From the NCBI GenBank assembly GCA_963665615.2, contig CAXXQE010000007.1, positions 62,001 through 126,000 of the forward strand: DNA of 64,000 nt, in the 5' to 3' direction. The notes under the pieces are model-generated. The model saw only the letters and a list, made by a program, of their open reading frames with translations. It searched no databases and had not been told where the DNA came from. Position numbers and translations under genes: made by a program. Of this stretch, positions 28,441 to 37,442 are shown in pieces; position 1 is the first letter of the stretch; each line of letters opens with the position of its first letter. The stretch is from Syntrophales bacterium. Its GTDB lineage: Bacteria; Desulfobacterota; Syntrophia; Syntrophales; UBA4778.

Positions 28441-30036
28441 ATGGATAAAACTGTGAAGCGGGTAGGCCTGCCCTCTTTCATTCCTTTTTGCATCGTTATT
28501 ACCTCATTATTGATTACGTCGTGCGTTTCATACCAGAAATTGCCGCAAGATTGGGCATTAGCGAGATCGTCTTCTGGCAATACATGCCCTCAGATTGCTG
28601 GAGAGTATAATAATATAGGGGAAGATGCGCATAAGGCTGAAAGGCGACTGGTGTGGTATTTTTTTCATGAAGAAGCTTCCAAAGATCTAGAATTATCCAG
28701 GGTACTTTTCTATAGAACTACCCATGTCTCATTTCAACAGAATGACCAGGATTCCTTGCAAATAACTGCCTGGCGAGACAAGTCAATTCTGGCGCAAAAA
28801 ACACTTTCGACAAAAGCCGGCGATTTCAAATGTGAAGATGGATGGCTGATATATACTCCACCCAAAAGAACTGATATGGGTGGACTAGTATTGACGGAGA
28901 GTTGGCAGACGATAAAGTTATCAAAGTCTGGCGACGATTTGCTGATTCAATTTAAGGAGCTGGCTGCAGGCACTTTTATGGTAGTTCCCATAGCGGGAGC
29001 GGATACAGACTGGATGAAATTCTCGGCTATTAAAGGTGAAGGAGTGCGGGATTTACAACCGAAAATCCATTTTGAAAACGAAAATAATGAATTCCGGACG
29101 CCGCAATTCTCCCCTGATGGAGGGGAAATTATTTTTACTATCTACAATCGAAGTTTCAGCAAGATATATAAAGTCGATGTGAATGGAGCAAAACTTACTA
29201 TCTTAAGCAAGCCTGGAGACTATGATACTGATCCCGTTTATTCTCCGGATGGAAAAACGGTGGCTTTCACGTCCTTGCAAGATAATCCTTCGCGGGGAAG
29301 CCTGTGTATAATGAAATCAGACGGTTCCAGCAAAGTCTGTTTAACATCAGGCCATCAGCATGACTTTAGTCCTGCATTTTCACATGACGGATCAAAGATA
29401 TATTTCATCAGAGCATTGTCTTATGATGATAAAAAGTACTTTTTGGCGAGGGAGCGGTGGGAAAAGCGGGATATATATTCTATCAATCTCGACGGCACCG
29501 GGTTAACCCAAGTGACTCACAGAAATTATCCTCTATTAACTGATCTAAGTCTTTATCCCGATGGTAAAAGGCTCTTGGTGCGGCACATGACTTCAGAAAT
29601 TCACTCAAAATTCTCTCACTATTCACTTGAGATAATTCCTCTTAATAATCCAGAAAATACAGAGTCTGCAGAAAATATGTTTGATCAATGCGAAACCGAT
29701 ATTAGTCCTATTTTCGGACTTGCAGCGCCCATATCGTGTGATCACCCTGAAGATATCAAACCAATATTTTCACCGGATGGGAGCGCTTTACTTTTTAAGT
29801 GGAAAGGAAATGCGTTTGTCATGGATCTAAAAACACGAAAGGCGCGAAAAATACCTAATAGCACAGAGCGCCAATACGGGGGGTTAATAGACCTGTCTTT
29901 TTCGCATGACGGCAGCAAAATTGTTTTAAGTACTCATGAATATGGTGGTAACCTGCTATACACATATGACACTCCAAATTTATTTATCGTAAATAGGGAC
30001 GGTTCCAATATGCGCGCCATTAAATTCCAGGAATGA
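28441..30036 (+). CDS. Lipoprotein with C-terminal TolB/PD40 beta-propeller
   Basis: Lipobox ITSC; PQFSPDG, PVYSPDG, PAFSHDG, PIFSPDG repeats; AT-rich. Confidence 0.85.
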   Translation: MDKTVKRVGLPSFIPFCIVITSLLITSCVSYQKLPQDWALARSSSGNTCPQIAGEYNNIGEDAHKAERRLVWYFFHEEASKDLELSRVLFYRTTHVSFQQNDQDSLQITAWRDKSILAQKTLSTKAGDFKCEDGWLIYTPPKRTDMGGLVLTESWQTIKLSKSGDDLLIQFKELAAGTFMVVPIAGADTDWMKFSAIKGEGVRDLQPKIHFENENNEFRTPQFSPDGGEIIFTIYNRSFSKIYKVDVNGAKLTILSKPGDYDTDPVYSPDGKTVAFTSLQDNPSRGSLCIMKSDGSSKVCLTSGHQHDFSPAFSHDGSKIYFIRALSYDDKKYFLARERWEKRDIYSINLDGTGLTQVTHRNYPLLTDLSLYPDGKRLLVRHMTSEIHSKFSHYSLEIIPLNNPENTESAENMFDQCETDISPIFGLAAPISCDHPEDIKPIFSPDGSALLFKWKGNAFVMDLKTRKARKIPNSTERQYGGLIDLSFSHDGSKIVLSTHEYGGNLLYTYDTPNLFIVNRDGSNMRAIKFQE

Positions 30037-30072
30037 AAATGGAAGATCAGGGCCTGGCCCCGGGGATCGTCG

Positions 30073-30717
30073 TTATGTCAAAAGGAGTATGAAATGAGCA
30101 AGCTAATTATGATTGTATCGCTGCTTTTCGTGCCTACTCTCATGTCTGGCTGTGCAAATCCTCTCAACCAAGTTACGTCTATCAGGTACGGAGATCAGTG
30201 TGCTGAAGCTGAACGTGCTGGAAGGCTGGATATCGCAGAGGAAGCTTGTTATCGGGCTTTAGTAAATGTGCATATTGGCAACCTGGGAGATGAACAAAAA
30301 TCAATAAGGCTGTATGACCTCGGAAGAATAAAGCGTCAACTAGGCAAGTTTGATGAGGCAGAGTCTCTTTTCAAAGAGTCATTGGCTATAGAGGATAAAC
30401 AAGCCAACCCGTCACACGAAAAGATTGGTCGTCGCCTTGCAGAGCTTGCCGCTGTTTACGGGCAGAAGGAACAGTATCAGGCAGGTACGCCTTACGTTGA
30501 AAGGCTCTATTCTTTACCTCATTCATATGAGGGTAATGAGAAGATATCCGTAGCTATAGTTTTCTGGGCATATGCTCAAGAATTGCAAAAACAACCTTCA
30601 GATCTTGGGAAGAAACTGGAACGCAGGGCTCTTGAGATGGGATTTGATCCAAAGACGTTTGGAAAATGACATAACGAATCGATACAGCCGATCTCAACGC
30701 TCTGGCTGATTTCGTCG
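30073..30717 (+). mobile_element. Integron gene cassette (645 bp)
   Basis: Starts at G/TTATGT (30072-30078); its inverse core ACATAAC (30669-30675) is the exact complement; ends at G/TTAGCA (30717). Confidence 0.75.
30094..30669 (+). CDS. TPR-repeat lipoprotein (cassette gene)
   Basis: RBS aaggag; lipobox MSGC; TPR LYDLGRIKRQLGKFDEAESLFKESLAI. Confidence 0.85.
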   Translation: MSKLIMIVSLLFVPTLMSGCANPLNQVTSIRYGDQCAEAERAGRLDIAEEACYRALVNVHIGNLGDEQKSIRLYDLGRIKRQLGKFDEAESLFKESLAIEDKQANPSHEKIGRRLAELAAVYGQKEQYQAGTPYVERLYSLPHSYEGNEKISVAIVFWAYAQELQKQPSDLGKKLERRALEMGFDPKTFGK

Positions 30718-30723
30718 TTAGCA
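30669..30723 (+). other. attC recombination site (55 bp)
   Basis: R'' ACATAAC, 5 bp, L'' GATACAGC (one extra base), loop, L' GCTGATT, 5 bp, R' GTTAGCA. Confidence 0.75.
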
Positions 30724-30737
30724 TAGAGGAATTATTG

Positions 30738-31487
30738 ATGCGCCAACAACAAAGAACATTTCTACAGGCATTTGCCACGGTTCTCATTCTGTTGCTTGTT
30801 AGCTGTGCGACGCCACTTCCAGTATATCGAGCAGATACGAGCCAAAATAGTTCTCAGCGCATAGACAATGTCCCGATGTATGGTCAGCCAGAAGTACCTC
30901 GCCCGGATTTCCTTAAAAAAGCCGATGAAGATTTTATCAAGCAAGCCACAGCAGGTTTTGGTAGTCGCGAGGCTGCAAGCAAGGCATGGCATGCACAGGC
31001 AGAAAAATTCATGCGAGAAGGCAACCTGGACTATGCCATGCGACGATATAATCAATCCTGGTTGCTCAATCCTGACAACTATCAGCCTTACTGGGGATTT
31101 GGTCGGGTAGTGGCCGAACAAAATAAACTTGATGATGCCATTGTATATCTGGAGAAATCGAAGACTCTATGTGACGACGATTATCAGAGAGTGGCTCTCC
31201 TTGCTGATATTGGGACAATCTATTCCTACAAAGCGGATAGCATACCTGAAGAACGACGTGATGAGCGTGTCCGTTATTTTACGCTTGCAAACCAGAATTT
31301 CATCGAGAGTACCAATCTCGACCAACACTATTCGACTTCTTGGCTTCATTGGTCTGAGTCTCTATTCCGGGAAGGAAAGTATGCCGAAGCATGGGAAAAA
31401 CTGAAGAGGGCTCGATCTCTTGGTGAAAAGGAAAATGCAACATACCTGAAGAATCTCGAACAGAAGATGCCTGATCCAAATAAGTAA
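30738..31487 (+). CDS. TPR-repeat lipoprotein
   Basis: Lipobox LVSC; PMYG and AMRRYNQSWLLNP motifs; starts just after the attC core. Confidence 0.85.
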   Translation: MRQQQRTFLQAFATVLILLLVSCATPLPVYRADTSQNSSQRIDNVPMYGQPEVPRPDFLKKADEDFIKQATAGFGSREAASKAWHAQAEKFMREGNLDYAMRRYNQSWLLNPDNYQPYWGFGRVVAEQNKLDDAIVYLEKSKTLCDDDYQRVALLADIGTIYSYKADSIPEERRDERVRYFTLANQNFIESTNLDQHYSTSWLHWSESLFREGKYAEAWEKLKRARSLGEKENATYLKNLEQKMPDPNK

Positions 31488-31500
31488 AAAGGCAAGCTGA

Positions 31501-31526
31501 GGGACGTTGATTCACAACGTTAACTT
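31501..31526 (-). repeat. Border motif copy 3 (inverted)
   Basis: Reverse complement reads aagttaacgttgtgAATCAACGTCCC; begins 14 bp after the TPR gene stop. Confidence 0.55.
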
Positions 31527-31555
31527 GCTTTGATACCCCGTTCCATTTGAATTTC

Positions 31556-31593
31556 CGGCGGTTGGAGATTTTTTCTTCAACCGCCGTTTTTTT
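31556..31593 (+). terminator. Rho-independent terminator ending the + strand island genes
   Basis: cggcggttgga ... ttcaaccgccg followed by ttttttt. Confidence 0.75.
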
Positions 31594-31605
31594 ATGACGA
31601 TTCGG

Positions 31606-31800
31606 CTATTTGTTAAGGATCTCAATAATCCTGGCTGTCGTTTCCGTTATCTTTTCCTTTTTGAGGTGCCTGATTTTATAGGGGATGATTTTAGCATCGG
31701 CTGTGAAGATCCATTGGGCCTGATGTTGCTCTTCTTGTTCAACCTGCCGGATTCAAAATCATCATCGCCGAGCGACACGGCACAAGCATCCGGCACAGTT
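31606..31800 (-). pseudogene. 3' half of a PemK/MazF-family toxin gene, frameshifted
   Basis: Minus strand reads DACAVSLGDDDFESGRLNKKSNIRPN, one base missing, then IFTADAKIIPYKIRHLKKEKITETTARIIEILNK*. Family call from recall. Confidence 0.6.
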
Positions 31801-31806
31801 GGCAAC

Positions 31807-32832
31807 TTATCCATAGATGGAGCCGCTCATTTTGGGGGGAATAAAATCCTGCGGCCTCGCTTCGATCATTTTTATCGCAGCAGCAGGGCATTTAGCTTGG
31901 CATAATCCGCACCCCACACACTTTTCCTTATTAATGACGGCGATGCTTCCCTCTCCGGATTTCCATTCAACGGCGCCGAAGTGGCATCGGTCAAAGCAGA
32001 CACCGCAGCCGCTGCAACGGTCGGCATCAACTTCAGCGCTGAACCGGGATGGGTCGTGACTGGCTTGCCCCTCCAGCATCTGGTGGATACCCATACAGCA
32101 GCAGGGACAACAATTGCAGATGAGCGGTCCGGGATCGTCTTGGGCGTTTGCACCTGTCAGATGCACGAGGCCCGCATCCTCACATTGTTTGAAGATTTCC
32201 AGTGCCTCATCCACACTGATTTTTCTTCCCGTTCCTCTCTCGATATTATAATCGGCGGACTTGTTCAAAACGATGCAGGCTTCCACAGGGTTATTGCATT
32301 TTCTCTCTTTCAGGCGGCAACTGCAGGGCATGACGGCAATGCTTTTTGCTTGTTTGACGATCTCGCTGATGCTGTCAAAATGCAGGACTTCCGATTTCGG
32401 TGGCTCCAGCCAGATATTGGCGGCAATAATCCGCTGCAGCGGCTTCTGTCCTTTCCTTTGTTTATTAAATTTTCTCGTCATTTCAAGAAATTCCGTCTCC
32501 ACCCACTGCTGCCAGAGATCGAGAAATCCCTCGGGGGCTTTTTTCCACTGGACGCTCGTATCGTGGAGATGCAGAACTTCCTTTACTGTCCGATAAATGG
32601 GATTGGCCTTTTTAGAGAAAAACACTGCCCCCCTCAGGTAAAGTTCATGAAGCCGCGCACCGAGCTCCTCGGCTGAAAGATGCAGCTTATCCTGAAGCGT
32701 TGGAATGTCGGCGGGCAGGGCGAGGAGGATCTGTATGTCCGTCTCATCTGCGAGTATTTTTAGTATGTTGGGCACTAGCTTGGAACCTGGCGCATGCAGC
32801 CGTTCTGCCATTTCTTCGTAAAGTGATGTCAT
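31807..32832 (-). CDS. 4Fe-4S dicluster protein with Cys-rich central domain
   Basis: CSCR...C...C, ICNCCPCCC, two CxxCxxCxxxC ferredoxin motifs. Confidence 0.88.
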   Translation of the reverse strand: MTSLYEEMAERLHAPGSKLVPNILKILADETDIQILLALPADIPTLQDKLHLSAEELGARLHELYLRGAVFFSKKANPIYRTVKEVLHLHDTSVQWKKAPEGFLDLWQQWVETEFLEMTRKFNKQRKGQKPLQRIIAANIWLEPPKSEVLHFDSISEIVKQAKSIAVMPCSCRLKERKCNNPVEACIVLNKSADYNIERGTGRKISVDEALEIFKQCEDAGLVHLTGANAQDDPGPLICNCCPCCCMGIHQMLEGQASHDPSRFSAEVDADRCSGCGVCFDRCHFGAVEWKSGEGSIAVINKEKCVGCGLCQAKCPAAAIKMIEARPQDFIPPKMSGSIYG

Positions 32833-32911
32833 GTGTTTCCTACCTTAAAGGGGTTATTTTGCATTTGTATCCCAACGCAACAAAGGCTCTAATATCAGAG
32901 CAGCAGGCGAA

Positions 32912-33054
32912 GGGAGACGTTGTTGATTTCGGGAACTAGCGGATATGAAAACGTTTCGATCCATATCGTCACGAAAGATCTTGCCTCGTTCGATTCCTCT
33001 GGCAATGACATATTGGAACGCTCCAAGTGCATCTATTCTCGCTTGTCTTGGCAT
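32912..33054 (-). pseudogene. Internally deleted RAYT/Y1 (HUH) transposase remnant ending in border motif copy 4
   Basis: N-terminus MPRQARIDALGAFQYVIARGIERGKIFRDDMDR, joined directly to tagttcccgaaatCAACAACGTCTCCC. Confidence 0.75.
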
Positions 33055-33235
33055 GCATTTGCCATATCATATCTCTCCAAGAGTGTGAATATGAATATGT
33101 AGAGGATCTGCCCTTCTTTTGCCTGAAAACGTCAAATATGGTGTCGACGTCATATATTGCGCCAAATCGGCACAACATAATCAATATAGAGATGGAGAAC
33201 ATCCATAACTATTCAATTTAACAGGCAAGTTAGAA

Positions 33236-33252
33236 TTGGCACAAATGTTTCA
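33236..33252 (+). promoter_or_regulatory. Candidate sigma54 promoter
   Basis: TTGGCAC-aaatg-TTTCA; perfect -24, variant -12. Confidence 0.55.
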
Positions 33253-33290
33253 TTATTATATTTAAAAAAAGTTATTTTGAGGAGGCTGGT

Positions 33291-33392
33291 ATGTCAGTAA
33301 AAAACATAAAAGAATCAATCATCAGCAATGTATGTCTGGTTCTTATATTAGCGCTCGTCGCTTGGTATGCTATCATAAAGATCTTTTATTAA
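33291..33392 (+). CDS. 33-aa single-TM small protein
   Basis: RBS GAGGAGG; MSVKNIKESIISNVCLVLILALVAWYAIIKIFY*. Confidence 0.6.
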   Translation: MSVKNIKESIISNVCLVLILALVAWYAIIKIFY

Positions 33393-33574
33393 CATGTCTG
33401 ACGTTGAGAGCTTTGCAGGCTCAAAAAATGATCCGGCATAGCTTCATTGAGCTTGATGTGCCATCACTTATCACAATCAATCTGCCGGGAAGAAAGTTAC
33501 AATCCCGGCAAATTGATGGGTAGAGATCGTGCTTTTTTAGCCTTCTGTAAATTTCCACAAGATATTTATGAATG

Positions 33575-35131
33575 TCATAATTTAAACCTGATACCGAGCT
33601 TCTTAATTTTTGCCCTGAGTGTTGACGGATGCATGCCAAGAATTTCGGCAGCGCTGCCTTTACCAGCTATTTTCCCGTGCGATTCAACGAGACATCTCAG
33701 AATATGCTTCTTTATCATTTCATCCAGCGTCAGCAATGCTTGCTTCTCAACCTGCGAATCTGTCAATTCCTTCTCAAAACTCGGATTCAGGTCTGGAAAC
33801 GATATTGCGGTCCCCTTGTATAAAATCAAAGCCCTTTCAATCACATTCGTGAGTTCTCTGACATTTCCCGGCCAATCATAACTCTGAAGCTGCGCTATGG
33901 CACACTCAGCAAAAACAGGTTTATCCTTCAGACCCATTTCGACGTATTTTTGACTGGAAATATACGATAGCAAAGCAGGCACGTCCTCCAACCTCTCACG
34001 AAGGGGGGGCACATGAATGGGGAATATGCTGATTCGATACCATAAATCTGACCTAAATTCTTTATTCCGGATCATTTCCGGGATATTTCTGTTTGTAGCA
34101 GCTATGAGCCGTACATTGACTGAAATATTCTTGTTTCCCCCTATCCGCTTGATTTCCATGGTCTGAAGCACGCGCAACAGCTTAGTCTGTGCAGACAGGG
34201 AAAGTTCTCCTATTTCATCCAGAAAAACGGTGCCGCCGTTGGCATTTTCAAAATAGCCCACTTTTATGTCTGATGCTCCGGTGAAGGCGCCTTTCTCGTA
34301 ACCGAATAATTCACTTTCGATCAGTGTATCGGGTATGGCAGCGCAATTAATGCTGCTCATATATCTATCAGATCTACTTGATTTTAGATGAATGGCCTGA
34401 GCAATAAGTTCTTTACCTACGCCTGTTTCCCCCGTAATTAATACGGGGATATTCAACGGCGCAACATCCTTGACCATACGCATGACATTCTTGAGGCCAG
34501 ATTCTGAGCCTATAATTTGACGATCGGCCAAATTTTTTGCTAAACTGATAAAATATTTTCTTTCAGAATCCAGCAGTTGTTTAGGAAAGAATTCCTTTTT
34601 ATAGAGTCCCGAGATTTTTTTCCCAAGGTCTGTAATTTGAACATAGTTTTTTTTCAGGAAGGCCAGGTGATCGTCCGAGTAACAATTTGCACCTATTGAA
34701 AGACAATTTACTAAAGAGAATATTTGTTCACTCAACTCTGAAGCAACGGCAATCACACTAAGAGGATCGGGAAGTTTGGAAACCAAGTTAGATCTTGAAA
34801 CAATATTGGAATTGATAGAGTCCGGAAAATACAAAATCTTTTCTTGTTTCAGAGATTCATTTAATTCATTTTTTACTTCTCTCTCCCACGTAAATTGTTG
34901 ATGGGGGAACATGACTCTCTCTGGAGATATATACGCAAAAAGCAGCGCGTCTCCATTTGTTGAATTGTAAATTGCCAGATTAACCAAATCAACTGGCAGA
35001 CCTTGTCTTATAACATTGAACAGACAATTACATAATTCAACCGAAGTTTTTTTCGCCTCCTGAAATAAATCTGTTATGTCTCCTCTTGTATTCACTAAAG
35101 ATCGAAACCATCCTAAAATCAGCTGAGTCAT
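33575..35131 (-). CDS. Sigma54-dependent enhancer-binding activator (FhlA/NifA-like) with GAF-like N-terminus
   Basis: GETGVGKE, ELFGYEKGAFTGA, FLDEIGE, WPGNVREL, Fis-type HTH; AT-rich. Confidence 0.92.
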   Translation of the reverse strand: MTQLILGWFRSLVNTRGDITDLFQEAKKTSVELCNCLFNVIRQGLPVDLVNLAIYNSTNGDALLFAYISPERVMFPHQQFTWEREVKNELNESLKQEKILYFPDSINSNIVSRSNLVSKLPDPLSVIAVASELSEQIFSLVNCLSIGANCYSDDHLAFLKKNYVQITDLGKKISGLYKKEFFPKQLLDSERKYFISLAKNLADRQIIGSESGLKNVMRMVKDVAPLNIPVLITGETGVGKELIAQAIHLKSSRSDRYMSSINCAAIPDTLIESELFGYEKGAFTGASDIKVGYFENANGGTVFLDEIGELSLSAQTKLLRVLQTMEIKRIGGNKNISVNVRLIAATNRNIPEMIRNKEFRSDLWYRISIFPIHVPPLRERLEDVPALLSYISSQKYVEMGLKDKPVFAECAIAQLQSYDWPGNVRELTNVIERALILYKGTAISFPDLNPSFEKELTDSQVEKQALLTLDEMIKKHILRCLVESHGKIAGKGSAAEILGMHPSTLRAKIKKLGIRFKL

Positions 35132-35178
35132 TCTAAAATCATGCTTGAATTTGTCAACAACTAATTCTAAGACCGAAT

Positions 35179-35295
35179 TGCGACCTCCCCGGTTTCATAG
35201 GCAGGGAGGTAAGCTGCAAGTTTAAAGTAAGCCGTCTTATAATCAGCGGGGGTCTTGTAGCCCGGAGTCGCATGCGGGCGACGACGATCATAGAA
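35179..35295 (-). mobile_element. IS3-family remnant (transposase C-terminus and right end)
   Basis: Minus strand FYDRRRPHATPGYKTPADY resembles the IS3 YNxxRxHSxLGYxTP tail; followed by ...atgaaaccggggaggtcgCA. Confidence 0.7.
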
Positions 35296-35591
35296 GCGCC
35301 CCGATGTAATTAAAGATGATTTGTCCTTATGCGCTCGCCGAAAAATTCAAAAGAGTGAGGGCCGAAAGAAATTCTTTGTTCGTGTTCAATTTTTTCATTT
35401 ATGTGGTATATAGTAAGATTATTTAAGGGCTGGTCAGCGCTATGTGGATTCAGGAGGCAAAAGCCGGTGCAAAATATGGTTGCGGTGCGGGTACGCCATA
35501 GCCCTACCCAAGGAAGAAGTAAAAAAACAGGGAAAATCGGTTTGACAACTACTTGATGACATTATGCAGTTTTAAATATTTTGGAAAACAA

Positions 35592-36935
35592 ATGAGACCA
35601 CTCCATTTTTATATCCATACATTCGGGTGCCAGATGAATGTTCACGACTCTGAGCAGATGGCCGAGTATCTGACGCGGGAAGGGTATCTACCCGTCGATT
35701 CACCGGAGCTGGCGGACATCATCCTCGTCAATACGTGCAGCATCCGGCATAAGGCGGAGACAAAGGCATACAGCCAGATCGGGCGGTTTCGCAAGTACAA
35801 GGACAATCAGCCGGGCCTGATCCTCGGGGTGGTCGGCTGCCTGGCGCAGCATCGCGGCAAGGACTTCATGCGGCATGCGCCCTATGTGGATCTCGTCGTA
35901 GGAACGCATAATCTTCATCTCATTGCCGAGTTGATCCGTTCTGCAGAGGAGCGTCGGACGCCGGTTGTCGAAACGTGTTTCCGGGATCATGTCGCGTCTA
36001 TCGATGTGTTTACGAAACCGCCCGAAGGGGCAGTGAGCGCCTTCGTTACGGTGATGCAGGGGTGCAACAATTTCTGCGCGTACTGTGTTGTGCCCTATCT
36101 TCGCGGGCGAGAAGAGAGCCGACGCCAGGACCGCATTCTGGAGGAAATCAGGCAACTCGCGGGGTATGGCATCAAGGAGGTGACCCTTCTGGGTCAGAAC
36201 GTCAATTCGTACGGCAAGACACTCACGGGCGGGGAGTCCTTTGCGGGGCTCGTCAGGGCTGTTGGAGAGATCGAAGGAATCGAGCGGATCCGTTTTACGA
36301 CCTCCCATCCTAAGGATCTGACGGACGATATCATCTCGGCGTTCGGGGACGTTGCCACACTGTGCGAGCATATCCATTTGCCCGTCCAGTCCGGATCGGA
36401 TCGCATTCTGGATAAGATGAACCGGCGCTACACGGCGGTGGATTATCTGAAAAAAGTGGATAAATTGCGGAAAGTATGCTCGAATATTAGCATTACGACG
36501 GACATTATCGTCGGATTTCCGGGCGAAACCGAAGAGGATTTTAGCGAAACAATCAGCCTCATGAAGGAGGTTCGCTTCGATACCCTTTTTTCATTTAATT
36601 ATTCAGATCGAGAGGGTACTGCAGCGACGTCATTTGCCGACAAAATCGATGATGCCGCCAAACGCCAGCGTATAATGATCGTCCAGGATCTCCAAAAGGA
36701 ACACACAATGGAAAAGCACCGAGCCTTGATGGGCAGTATTCAGGAGGTGCTGGTTGAAGGCCGCAGTAAAAACTCTGAAAAGGATATGACAGGCAGAACG
36801 CGAACCAACAAGATCGTCAATTTCGAAGCCACAACGGATATGATCGGTGAGCTGGTTTCTGTTCATATCGATCGGGCGTTTCTTCATTCATTGAGGGGAA
36901 CGCAGCCGTCCGGAAAGGAGGTGGCCTCATGGTGA
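35592..36935 (+). CDS. miaB: tRNA-i6A37 methylthiotransferase
   Basis: TFGCQMNVHDSE, NTCSIR, GCNNFCAYC, RFTTSHP, TRAM domain. Confidence 0.95.
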   Translation: MRPLHFYIHTFGCQMNVHDSEQMAEYLTREGYLPVDSPELADIILVNTCSIRHKAETKAYSQIGRFRKYKDNQPGLILGVVGCLAQHRGKDFMRHAPYVDLVVGTHNLHLIAELIRSAEERRTPVVETCFRDHVASIDVFTKPPEGAVSAFVTVMQGCNNFCAYCVVPYLRGREESRRQDRILEEIRQLAGYGIKEVTLLGQNVNSYGKTLTGGESFAGLVRAVGEIEGIERIRFTTSHPKDLTDDIISAFGDVATLCEHIHLPVQSGSDRILDKMNRRYTAVDYLKKVDKLRKVCSNISITTDIIVGFPGETEEDFSETISLMKEVRFDTLFSFNYSDREGTAATSFADKIDDAAKRQRIMIVQDLQKEHTMEKHRALMGSIQEVLVEGRSKNSEKDMTGRTRTNKIVNFEATTDMIGELVSVHIDRAFLHSLRGTQPSGKEVASW

Positions 36936-37429
36936 CCCAGATGAAAGTCGCCGGTCTGACCATTGATCCGATGACGAACACGCCGATTGTCATTTTGAAA
37001 GACCTTGATGAACGAACGGCCCTGCCGATCTGGATCGGTTTGTTCGAGGCCAGTGCAATCGCTACGGAACTGGAAAAAATCACCTTTGCCAGGCCCATGA
37101 CGCACGATCTCATCTACAATGTGATTCAAGCCGTTGAGGCGAGTGTCCTGATGATCGAAATCAATGATCTGAAGGACAACACATTTTATGCGACGATACA
37201 TCTCGTTATCCGCGAAAACAAAATCGCTGTGGATTGCCGCCCGAGTGATGCCATTGCCGTAGCGCTGCGCGCCAATGCGCCCATCTTTGTCGACGATCGG
37301 GTCATCGAACAATCGAGGCACATGGATTTCGGCAAGAAAATGGCCAGCCTTGAGAACATCAACGAGGAAAAACTCCGGGAGTTTCTGGAGAACCTTTCTC
37401 CGGACGATTTCGGTAAATACAAGATGTAG
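36929..37429 (+). CDS. Bifunctional nuclease family (DUF151)
   Basis: LPIWIG, RPMTHDL, DCRPSDAIA. Confidence 0.9.
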   Translation: MVTQMKVAGLTIDPMTNTPIVILKDLDERTALPIWIGLFEASAIATELEKITFARPMTHDLIYNVIQAVEASVLMIEINDLKDNTFYATIHLVIRENKIAVDCRPSDAIAVALRANAPIFVDDRVIEQSRHMDFGKKMASLENINEEKLREFLENLSPDDFGKYKM

Positions 37430-37442
37430 GCGAGGTGCGCAG

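Noticed and set aside
31594..31905. 103-aa + strand ORF
   Set aside because: Antisense to the MazF relic and the Fe-S gene end, and starts right after a terminator.
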